From positions 1 to 33,169 of IMG/VR virus record IMGVR_UViG_3300048579_000349: 33,169 nt of DNA; one strand, written 5' to 3'. This DNA comes from a virus (Duplodnaviria > Caudoviricetes). A program made the translations under genes and the position numbers. The notes under the pieces were generated by a model that saw nothing but the letters and a program-made list of their open reading frames with translations, ran no database searches and was not told the origin of the DNA. Every line of letters begins with the position of its first letter. Within the stretch, counting starts at the first letter, position 1. Shown here piece by piece: positions 1 through 8,050 of the stretch.

Positions 1-747
1 TTAATTTGGGTTAAAATATAATATATAAACTGTTACGCCGTTAATTGTAATAGGTACTGCTCTAAGCTGAGTTGTTGCCTGTCCGTTCTGCTCTGTGGCA
101 ACCCATAACCCTGTTTCAACAGTAGTGCCAAACGAGCTTACAAGATGACCCGTTAAATTATTCTCCATCATATTTTTAAAATTCCAGGTTCCGTAAGCTG
201 TATTTGTGTTTTCATAAGCGACAAGCAAAGTATCACTATTCGATTTAATAATAGAGCTGTGCAACGCCGCCGGGTTAAACGTAAGTAACGAATTATTCCC
301 GTTATCTTTGATAGTAAAATATGTAAATGAGTTATTGCCGGTAAATGCATTGCTTGTGCTAAGCCTTGGAACTCGGTTATATAATGTATCTTTTAATTGC
401 TTTATTGAATTTGAAAACACAGTGGAGGAGTCATCTAAATATGAAACGATGGTAGCAACATTATCAAATTCGTTTCGGAGAGAACTGATTACCAACCTAT
501 GAACGGTTAAAGAATCATTTGTTTTGGTTTCAACGCTCGTTATCCGGGTGTTAATATTATGAAGGTATAGATCAATATCTATTAAATTCCGGTTGACGGA
601 ATCTGCACCCGGTCTGTCGCCTTCTCCCCACATACGGAGTAAATAATAAGTTGTCCTGCCAATAGGCGGGTCATACTGAGAGCGTGCTAAGTCTACAAAC
701 AGCAGTATCAGTATTGTTAAAGCTAAAAATAATTTTTTTGTTAACAT
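1..747 (-). CDS. Tail-fibre-like protein with N-terminal Sec signal peptide
   Basis: Lies directly after the tape measure gene. Signal peptide MLTKKLFLALTILILLFVDLARS|Q, then TTYYLLRMW..GD....SVNRNLIDID (resembles a fibre N-terminal anchor), a coiled coil, and NAFTGNNSF / NTAYGTWNF fibre-like motifs. Confidence 0.55.
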   Translation of the reverse strand: MLTKKLFLALTILILLFVDLARSQYDPPIGRTTYYLLRMWGEGDRPGADSVNRNLIDIDLYLHNINTRITSVETKTNDSLTVHRLVISSLRNEFDNVATIVSYLDDSSTVFSNSIKQLKDTLYNRVPRLSTSNAFTGNNSFTYFTIKDNGNNSLLTFNPAALHSSIIKSNSDTLLVAYENTNTAYGTWNFKNMMENNLTGHLVSSFGTTVETGLWVATEQNGQATTQLRAVPITINGVTVYILYFNPN

Positions 748-748
748 A

Positions 749-3700
749 TTATTTTGATATTTGATTATCTAAAACTGTTTTACCTATTCTATGCAATGCT
801 TCTGAAAACGCAGGTACTAATTGTTCATCTATTGTTTTATCGAATTCAGCCGAATTAATATCAAGAGTCTGAATTGGTAAACTCATATTACTAAAATCAA
901 AATTTATTGTAATATTTCTTGAAGATGATGCTGCCGGTAAATCTGGCATCTGAACGGAAGGCAATGAAAAAGTTGTCTCAGTAGGTAAAAACTTACTTAA
1001 ATCATACCCCTGATTTGCAAGCCCTACTAATGCCCTGTTAAATGGATATTGAGCACCAAGAGAATTCATAACAGCTTCTCTGTGATGTACAAACCCCGCA
1101 AGTTCATCTTCTCTACCGTCACCGGTCCAGCTTGTACCTGTTGCAAATGCTCTTCCTGCTGATTCCGTACCGCCAAATAATCCACCTGAAAGAGTATTTA
1201 AAAGGAATTTGAACAACGATGTCGCAGCCAGTTCAATTAATGCGTTATATACTTCTTGAATAAATATTTGAAATAATGAATGTGCCTCTCCAAATACTTC
1301 GACCCATACGTTTTTAAATTCAGTTTTTATTGAATTAGCTGATGCACCAAAACCCGAGTTTATTAAATTCAATATATTTAGTTGTCCTTCGGTGTGCACT
1401 CTTTCTAATTCTTTAATGCGAGATAATTCGTTTTGGTGTAGTAATAAGGAACGTTGGTCGCCGTCTTTATATGTTTGTAAAATCCTTTCTTTCTCTTTGT
1501 TGTATTTATTGTTAATATTAAATATTTCAAGATTGTACGTCTCTTCCGAATTCTTCATCATAGCCGTTTTCAACTCGGTGTTAAGTTGGTCATCAAACTT
1601 CTTAGCACTTAATTTCAGTTCCTCTTCCTTTTTAATATCAAGCTGTTTGCGGAGCATTTCTTTTTCGGAAATTTCAATCGAAGCTTTATCAATTTTATCA
1701 TACATAGTACGATAAGCGATTTCGATTTCAGAAGTTTCTTTTGCTGCACCCTGTAAAGTTTTCTCGGTTCGTTTATCTATGAATTTATCTACATCATCTA
1801 CAAGTTTTTTCTGCTCTTCACCGGATTTCTTAATCTGCTCGAACTGCGATGTCATTAATTCGGAAATCTTTTCAGATACTTTGGTTTGATTGTCTTTGTT
1901 TTGCAGACCTTCTTGCACCAGGTTAAGTTCTTTAAGATAGGAGTCTACAATCTCATTCCTATCTGCAAGGGTAGCTTCACCACGCTTAATTTCGTCATCT
2001 TTTAATTTTAATAAATGTTCAAAATCAGCTATTAAATTTTTCAGCGATTCATTTTCTTCTTTGTACGGGTCCGTTGTCTTTTCGCTACCTGAACCTTTAG
2101 TTTTTCCAGAGGGTGACTCTCCTGTCTTTTTTTCTTCTTTGATTTGCCCGGGTATTGGATGGTCTAAAGTAGGACCGTAAACCGGAAGAATTTCAATACC
2201 TGATTTATCCTTTACGCTTTTACTAAATGCATCTTTTACCTGTTCAATTCCAAGTTTAAACTTATCAAGATTTTGGTCAAATTTAGCTTTGTTAAATATT
2301 AAATCATATACGTTTAAACCGCCAAGCCCGACGAGTGCATTATAAAGCCCGAACATAACCTGTGTTGCACGGGATACAACTTCAATCATAATAGTGATTC
2401 CGTTAACTGCACCGTCAACTAATATTTTTAGACTACTAAGTCCTTCACCTGCTTTATTCGTACTGCCAAGCCATTTATTATTCGATTCGACCGTATCGGA
2501 AATAGTTCTGATGATTCTTGACATTGCATCAATAACGGTTAGTATAATATCCTTAATGTATAAGAGACCATCCTTGCCCATTGTTTTGAGTATACTAAGC
2601 AAATTTTCCGACCCACCGAATAAATCCGTAAATGAGTTCCATACGTCAATAGCCTGTTCCTTTATATCCTCGAACGCAACTGATAATTCATTTGAAACAA
2701 CATCCCATAGATCTTTAAGCTCGTCCCATAATTCAGAAACAACCTCTTTGAATTCGTTAATAACATCTTCACCGCCAACTAATTCTGTTACAAAGCTTTC
2801 GATGGCTTCCATATTAGTAAGCACTTCATATAATACACCGATACCTGCCACTACTGCGCCTATGATAAGAGGGATGCCTGCAAGTTCAACGTCGAGAGCA
2901 ACAAGTACCGGAATCAATGCCGTTGCTGCAGCTGTAACAACTATCAGAGCACCCGCTGCGGCTTGAAGGTCTGGAGGTAATTTTTGGAATAAATCCGATA
3001 CCTGCTGAACAATTGCCAATGCTTCCCTAACTACAGGTGCAAAAGCTTTTCCGATAGTTTCCTTCATATCTTTAAAAGCGTTATCGGAAATTTTAATCTG
3101 ACCGGCAAGTGTTTTGCCAAAAGCTTCTGCGGTGATATTACTATTTTGGGTAAGGATTTGAGACAGAATGTTAATTCTGTCCATACCGGAAGCCGCTTCG
3201 AACATAGCTTTCTGAGTATCGGACATTATAACGCCTACACGCTGCATAGCAGCCACCATATCGGCTCCTGTAGCCTTACCAATCATTATGGCTGTCTGAG
3301 TCAGGCTCATACCAGTATCGCTGCCCTGAGCGAACGCAGAGGCAACGTCGAGCATTTTAGGAGTGAGTGCCTCTATCTGATCACCTGTAGCTCCGAACGT
3401 GGTCAGCATAGCCTGCATATTAGTTATGTCATCGTCATCAAAGGGCGTTATTTTATGAAGCTCTTCTGATTGCTGTAATAGCCTGCTAAAGTAATCTCCG
3501 GAACCGAGCCTATCAAGACCACCACGTAGTTTCTCAACTGATAATTCCGATGCAGCATATTCCTGCGTAGAATCCATCACGGATTCTTTTACAGACATAA
3601 ATGCCTGTTTCACTCCGTCAAGAGTTCCCTGTACAAGTTGAAACTTCATAAGCTTGCTTATGGAGTCGGTTCCCTTTTCACCAAGAGTATGGATTTCTTC

Positions 3701-3904
3701 TGATGTGCTTTTAGCGGTTTTGTCAATGGATTCAAGCGAGGTTTTCAACGCGGAAAAATCAAGCTTACCTGCATCGATACTCATTCCGGATTTTAAATCA
3801 TTAATGACAGAATTAGACATCGAGAGAGCCTGATTTAAATCAGCTTTAAACTTCTCAAGATCTACTGTTAATTCGAGCCGTGCTTTGCCGAATGTATCTG
3901 CCAT
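749..3904 (-). CDS. Tail tape measure protein
   Basis: 1051 aa, helical, with a hydrophobic central segment and W/F-spaced repeats. C-terminal FATGTSWTGDG...AGFVHHREAVMN motif; follows the chaperone pair. Confidence 0.92.
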   Translation of the reverse strand: MADTFGKARLELTVDLEKFKADLNQALSMSNSVINDLKSGMSIDAGKLDFSALKTSLESIDKTAKSTSEEIHTLGEKGTDSISKLMKFQLVQGTLDGVKQAFMSVKESVMDSTQEYAASELSVEKLRGGLDRLGSGDYFSRLLQQSEELHKITPFDDDDITNMQAMLTTFGATGDQIEALTPKMLDVASAFAQGSDTGMSLTQTAIMIGKATGADMVAAMQRVGVIMSDTQKAMFEAASGMDRINILSQILTQNSNITAEAFGKTLAGQIKISDNAFKDMKETIGKAFAPVVREALAIVQQVSDLFQKLPPDLQAAAGALIVVTAAATALIPVLVALDVELAGIPLIIGAVVAGIGVLYEVLTNMEAIESFVTELVGGEDVINEFKEVVSELWDELKDLWDVVSNELSVAFEDIKEQAIDVWNSFTDLFGGSENLLSILKTMGKDGLLYIKDIILTVIDAMSRIIRTISDTVESNNKWLGSTNKAGEGLSSLKILVDGAVNGITIMIEVVSRATQVMFGLYNALVGLGGLNVYDLIFNKAKFDQNLDKFKLGIEQVKDAFSKSVKDKSGIEILPVYGPTLDHPIPGQIKEEKKTGESPSGKTKGSGSEKTTDPYKEENESLKNLIADFEHLLKLKDDEIKRGEATLADRNEIVDSYLKELNLVQEGLQNKDNQTKVSEKISELMTSQFEQIKKSGEEQKKLVDDVDKFIDKRTEKTLQGAAKETSEIEIAYRTMYDKIDKASIEISEKEMLRKQLDIKKEEELKLSAKKFDDQLNTELKTAMMKNSEETYNLEIFNINNKYNKEKERILQTYKDGDQRSLLLHQNELSRIKELERVHTEGQLNILNLINSGFGASANSIKTEFKNVWVEVFGEAHSLFQIFIQEVYNALIELAATSLFKFLLNTLSGGLFGGTESAGRAFATGTSWTGDGREDELAGFVHHREAVMNSLGAQYPFNRALVGLANQGYDLSKFLPTETTFSLPSVQMPDLPAASSSRNITINFDFSNMSLPIQTLDINSAEFDKTIDEQLVPAFSEALHRIGKTVLDNQISK

Positions 3905-4248
3905 TAAGTTTTATTTTTTACTTTTATCCCTGCTGACTCAAATGCTGCAAGCATATTGTCTTCATCTTTCTGTGTTCTTGCTTTTGGCTTATTGTCTGCA
4001 GGTAATTCAACTTCTTTAATTTTTGATTCGTAACTTTTTGATAATTCCGGATTCGTTCCGGTGAAACATTTAGCTATCCAGTCCATCTGCATAAAGGCTA
4101 ATTTATATTGCAGTGTAATATTATCTGATGTTTTCTTATTGTCATTTTCGCGCTTGCACTTATAGGCATATAATCCGTATCCGATTTCAGTTTCATTGTA
4201 AATCTTATCGAGCCTTACAGGGTCATAGTCAGCGAGGTAAGCTGACAT
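3904..4248 (-). CDS. Tail assembly chaperone, gpT-like part (likely made as a -1 frameshift fusion with 4320..4649)
   Basis: The reading frame is open upstream of the ATG all the way to the slippery heptamer T TTT TTC at 4350-4344; lies just before the tape measure. Confidence 0.8.
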   Translation of the reverse strand: MSAYLADYDPVRLDKIYNETEIGYGLYAYKCKRENDNKKTSDNITLQYKLAFMQMDWIAKCFTGTNPELSKSYESKIKEVELPADNKPKARTQKDEDNMLAAFESAGIKVKNKT

Positions 4249-4319
4249 TTCTTTGTAATTAAATTCAAAAGGCTTTTCATCTTTATCATATTGAGTATTT
4301 TCCTTATCGAAAAAACGCC

Positions 4320-4649
4320 TTATGCTTTTTTCGACAATCTCCTGAAAAAACGCAGAGCCTCCGTAAATTCAATTAAGCCTGCATTTTCATAAAAGTACTT
4401 TACGAGTTCCTTCCTCTGCTCGTCGGTTAGTTCTTTCTTGGAGACTTTCGTTTTCCCATCAATTTCGATTAGCATATCCGCCATTAATTCGGGGGCTTTG
4501 GAGAAATCATAATTTTCCACCTGCTCCTGTGTCATACCAAGCAGTAAGTCAACTTTGTGTTTCTTTTTTAATTCTTCGCATTTAGCGAATGAAGGCACTA
4601 CTGATGTAAAAGTTTTTTCTCCGATTACAAGTGTTCTAATTTCTGACAT
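4320..4649 (-). CDS. Tail assembly chaperone, gpG-like
   Basis: 109 aa, two genes before the tape measure, with a slippery site near its 3' end. Confidence 0.8.
   Translation of the reverse strand: MSEIRTLVIGEKTFTSVVPSFAKCEELKKKHKVDLLLGMTQEQVENYDFSKAPELMADMLIEIDGKTKVSKKELTDEQRKELVKYFYENAGLIEFTEALRFFRRLSKKA
4344..4350 (-). other. Programmed -1 ribosomal frameshift site (T TTT TTC)
   Basis: Codons cgT TTT TTC fit X XXY YYZ. The -1 frame reads FFQEIVEKSIRRFFDKENTQYDKDEKPFEFNYKE-MSAYL without a stop. Confidence 0.8.
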
Positions 4650-4653
4650 TTTT

Positions 4654-5394
4654 TTATAATTTAATTTTATAAGAAGTTTTTAAGTTAATTTGAAAGTTGT
4701 TTAAATCGAATTTACCGCCGAGAAAATTATACTGAATACCCGGCTCGATGCGTAAACGATTGAACGCTGTGATACCTGTTTCGATACCAGCGTTTACCCT
4801 TGGGGCTTTGATGCTGTCGAGGTTAAACGGAGAGTGCAGATTTATATAAGCTGAAATTCCATTTAGCTCGAAGTTATCGGTATTTACTAATACCGAGTTT
4901 GTATCTGATATTGCGGTGAAGCTGTTGCTAATTCCTGTAAAGTAATATTTCCTTACTACCTTCCTTTTTTGGTTTATTGTTGTGATGTTAAGTTCGTCCT
5001 TTGATTTATCGACCAATATCATTACATCTGTTTGTGGAAGTTTCTCTACAACTTCTTTCACAAATACAGAATCATAAGTTTTGTTATCGGTCGAGTCATA
5101 AGAGACTTCATAAACTACATCGGGATTGGAAGAGTGGCTGAATGCACTTCCGATTAACGAAGGCTGTTTTATTTTAATAAGTTTATCCCTATACTCGATT
5201 GTCGGTGCAGGGTAAGCCCCTGTTTGCTTATAAACTACAAGCGGTGTGCCCGTTGTATATTTACTTAATGATTCACCGAGCAATTCGAGTACTTTTTCAG
5301 GGTGGGACTTCGCAAGGAAGTACCCACCAATTAAAATCCCAACAAATATAATTACCGTTATTATTACCGGAGCATATTGTTTTATTTTATTCAT
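4654..5394 (-). CDS. Spanin-like membrane-anchored lysis protein
   Basis: Follows the endolysin. Single N-terminal TM helix, soluble middle region, and C-terminal amphipathic beta-strands. Confidence 0.5.
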   Translation of the reverse strand: MNKIKQYAPVIITVIIFVGILIGGYFLAKSHPEKVLELLGESLSKYTTGTPLVVYKQTGAYPAPTIEYRDKLIKIKQPSLIGSAFSHSSNPDVVYEVSYDSTDNKTYDSVFVKEVVEKLPQTDVMILVDKSKDELNITTINQKRKVVRKYYFTGISNSFTAISDTNSVLVNTDNFELNGISAYINLHSPFNLDSIKAPRVNAGIETGITAFNRLRIEPGIQYNFLGGKFDLNNFQINLKTSYKIKL

Positions 5395-5407
5395 TATCGG
5401 CTCCTGA

Positions 5408-5968
5408 TTATGCGTCCTGTTTTATCGGTACGTAACCGGGCAGATATGCAATCTTCAAAGCTTCGATGGTTACCGGTCCAACGATGCCGTCTGCTTTTAG
5501 CCCGTGCTCTTTCTGGAAATCTTTGACACCCTGGAATATTGCGCGTCTGAGCATTGATTGCTGAGCAACAGGAATAAACTGGATATGGCAGTCTTCCATA
5601 TTCAGGAGTGTTAAACCAAGACCTTTGGCGATATTGCGGATTGATTCATAATTGAGAGTGCTCCAGTCCCAGTTCCCTTTTTCGTTCTTGCCAACAAGGT
5701 CAACTGCTATTCCGAGATTATGCATACCATTGGTTTTGGTATTAGAGGCACCTGTATTGAACATATCCGCCTGACGTTTGTTACTACGGTATGTTTCGAA
5801 AAATTCAGGTGTGGAGCTATGCGAGCGCTTATATTCTGCAATCAAAGAATCTATCTTTGACTTGAATGTTGGTAACAGTAAGCTTGGGTCACTGCATCTT
5901 TTATCGGATAAGAAGTTTTCCGAAGTACAGATTTTTGATAAATAATTTTGGACTATTTCTGGATACAT
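5408..5968 (-). CDS. Endolysin, M15-type peptidase with C-terminal peptidoglycan-binding domain
   Basis: ETYRS..RQ, HNLGIAVD and DCHIQ motifs; FQKEHGLKADGIVGPVT is typical of PG_binding_1. Confidence 0.9.
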   Translation of the reverse strand: MYPEIVQNYLSKICTSENFLSDKRCSDPSLLLPTFKSKIDSLIAEYKRSHSSTPEFFETYRSNKRQADMFNTGASNTKTNGMHNLGIAVDLVGKNEKGNWDWSTLNYESIRNIAKGLGLTLLNMEDCHIQFIPVAQQSMLRRAIFQGVKDFQKEHGLKADGIVGPVTIEALKIAYLPGYVPIKQDA

Positions 5969-5995
5969 AATTGATTCCTTTTTTTAAAAATTTAC

Positions 5996-6020
5996 CTCTC
6001 GCTGCGTTCGGCAGCGAGAG
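5996..6020. terminator. GC-rich hairpin between holin and endolysin (weak terminator or mRNA stabiliser)
   Basis: Perfect 10-bp stem CTCTCGCTGC / GCAGCGAGAG with a 5-nt loop; no strong adjacent U-tract. Confidence 0.5.
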
Positions 6021-6039
6021 TATATAATTTTGATTTGCT

Positions 6040-6399
6040 TTAATTTGTTGCAGGTGCTCTTGGCTGAATTGCGCTTTTGTTAGGGTCCTGAATCACAAAG
6101 CTAAATGCGAATATTGCAATCGGCTGCAGGAAAGGTAATATTGCCGTCCAACCAATCTCAGGATAAAATTTACTGAGGATGACTTGTAACAGGTATATTC
6201 CCTTTTCGATTATAAGTGCAATCATTGCACTTACACTTTTGATTTGATTCGGGTCTGCAAAAATCGCAACGACTGTTATGCCGATAGTTGTTACCGTAGC
6301 AACAAGGTCTGCACTGATGCTTGGTACCCATAAGCTAAGAATGGCGAAGAACATACCAACCAAGGCTGTGATGAATCCTGCTATTGTCGTTTTTTGCAT
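6040..6399 (-). CDS. Putative holin (multi-TM)
   Basis: 119 aa with about four hydrophobic segments, immediately upstream of the endolysin. Confidence 0.7.
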   Translation of the reverse strand: MQKTTIAGFITALVGMFFAILSLWVPSISADLVATVTTIGITVVAIFADPNQIKSVSAMIALIIEKGIYLLQVILSKFYPEIGWTAILPFLQPIAIFAFSFVIQDPNKSAIQPRAPATN

Positions 6400-6423
6400 A
6401 CTGTTTTAAATTAAGTTTATAAA

Positions 6424-6714
6424 TTATTTTTTTGGTTCCTGACCGTAGTCGGGAATTTTTAGCCATTCCATAATTAAACCAAGCTTCCGGTTTGTTTCAT
6501 TGTTCTTGACTGAATCGATAAATTTCTGTTTGTTAAATTCCTCTCTATCAACTTTTTTATCAATTTTTTCTTCAAGTTTTGCATCCTTATTATTCAGGTC
6601 GCTGTAAACCATAGCAACGGTGAATACGATTAGTATTAAAGAGGCAGTCGTACTGATTATAACTTTTAATCGTGCAGAAACTTTTACTCTTTCAATATCT
6701 ATGTCTTTATCCAT
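6424..6714 (-). CDS. Single-TM coiled-coil lysis accessory protein (holin/antiholin-like)
   Basis: One TM helix followed by a charged coiled coil; first gene of the lysis cluster. Confidence 0.5.
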   Translation of the reverse strand: MDKDIDIERVKVSARLKVIISTTASLILIVFTVAMVYSDLNNKDAKLEEKIDKKVDREEFNKQKFIDSVKNNETNRKLGLIMEWLKIPDYGQEPKK

Positions 6715-6761
6715 TACGCTTGGTTTAATTATGGTTTAAAAATGTTTTGATTGTCCTTTAT

Positions 6762-7316
6762 TTAGAGTCGCTTATATGTCAGGTCAGAGCTTAGATACCT
6801 TTTCATTGTATATGTATTTTCTTCTCTGTAGGCATTTTTAGTTTCCATAGTCATCGGGAATTTTAATCCGGTTAATTCCGCCTCCGTAAAAATTATCCCG
6901 GGTTTTTCAAAGTCACCGCAGTAAGAATCTTTATTTATATTCAATTCGAGATTCTGTCCTATGGTAGTATTACCTAAAATAATCTGAGAGTAAACGCTAT
7001 CCCTCGAAGCACTTCTGAATATTTTTTTAGTTTTTTCAGTAAAGTATAAATTCTTTTTCGGGGGAATTCTTACATAACTCGTTGTAAGTTTTGCGCCTGT
7101 ATCATTGCTAAAATATACGTTTAGATAAACCGAGTCTGATTCGTTCGTAATCATACCCGTTCTATCCACTCCGGATAGACCTGGCACGGTGAACGTATCG
7201 ACTGCGGTCTTTACGTACTTAGCAGAGGTGTATGGCTGTGCCGGCACAGACTTAGGCTGAAAGGCAAAACCAATCAGCAGTATCAGTACCAGCGCAAATA
7301 CATTTCTGAATTTCAT
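6762..7316 (-). CDS. Signal-peptide-bearing beta-rich protein, paralog of 9498..10232
   Basis: MKFRNVFALVLILLIGFAF...VPA|Q signal peptide, AGGAG RBS, and shared PY..xK(Y/W)VKT..DT and RDS(V/I) motifs. Confidence 0.75.
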   Translation of the reverse strand: MKFRNVFALVLILLIGFAFQPKSVPAQPYTSAKYVKTAVDTFTVPGLSGVDRTGMITNESDSVYLNVYFSNDTGAKLTTSYVRIPPKKNLYFTEKTKKIFRSASRDSVYSQIILGNTTIGQNLELNINKDSYCGDFEKPGIIFTEAELTGLKFPMTMETKNAYREENTYTMKRYLSSDLTYKRL

Positions 7317-7339
7317 ATTATCTCCTTTAATTAAAGTTT

Positions 7340-7361
7340 CCTGCCCCGCTCTCGGGGCAGG
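7340..7361. terminator. Hairpin downstream of the tail tube gene
   Basis: Perfect 9-bp stem CCTGCCCCG / CGGGGCAGG with a 4-nt loop; weak U-tract. Confidence 0.5.
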
Positions 7362-7370
7362 TAAATAAAT

Positions 7371-8015
7371 TTATTTTGTCTTGCTTTCTTTTACTTTTGT
7401 TTCACTTTCGAGCATTGAGGCAACCTTAGCAGCTTCAGTGTTTGGCGCATCACCGGGAGGCACTTCATATTCACCTGTAATCATTTCCTTTACAATCGTT
7501 CCGACGTTGTTATCGTTTGCCGGGTCTGCAAGTGCCGTGAAAGAAAACTTGAATGTGTTTTCTTTTTCTCTTTGGAACGTAAGTTTCAATCCGCCGGAAG
7601 ATTGGATTCTGTAAAATGTAAAGATGATAAATTTTGAATCGTCCCTGATTCGGGGGATTTTGTACGTAAGCTTAAATTCAGGAGGCGCCATAAGTGTACC
7701 GCCAATTGTGTAAGTCCATTTATGGTTTTGAGTATCTTCTACTATATCATCCGGGTCACCTCCGAGTGCAAGCACCATATTTCTAACGGAAGACTCCAGT
7801 AACTCTATTTCTCCCTTGCATTCATTTTTTATTATCATTTGTTCAATCGGGTATGTTGCCTGATCGCATTCAATTGATAATATTTTTGAACTGATGTCAA
7901 TCGAAGCATTTCTGCTGGCTCCGACTGCAGTGCCGTCACCTGCTGTGCCTACGGTTTGCAGATACATATCTCCACCGCCCATTTCGATGTTCTTTTTTTC
8001 TATTGTTGAAGACAT
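7371..8015 (-). CDS. Major tail tube protein (siphovirus type)
   Basis: 214 aa, with N-terminal NIEMGGGDMY and C-terminal LTFQREKENTFKFSFTAL strand pattern; followed by a hairpin; no sheath gene present. Confidence 0.8.
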   Translation of the reverse strand: MSSTIEKKNIEMGGGDMYLQTVGTAGDGTAVGASRNASIDISSKILSIECDQATYPIEQMIIKNECKGEIELLESSVRNMVLALGGDPDDIVEDTQNHKWTYTIGGTLMAPPEFKLTYKIPRIRDDSKFIIFTFYRIQSSGGLKLTFQREKENTFKFSFTALADPANDNNVGTIVKEMITGEYEVPPGDAPNTEAAKVASMLESETKVKESKTK

Positions 8016-8050
8016 TTTATTTGTCCTTTATATTTGATTTAAAAAAATTT

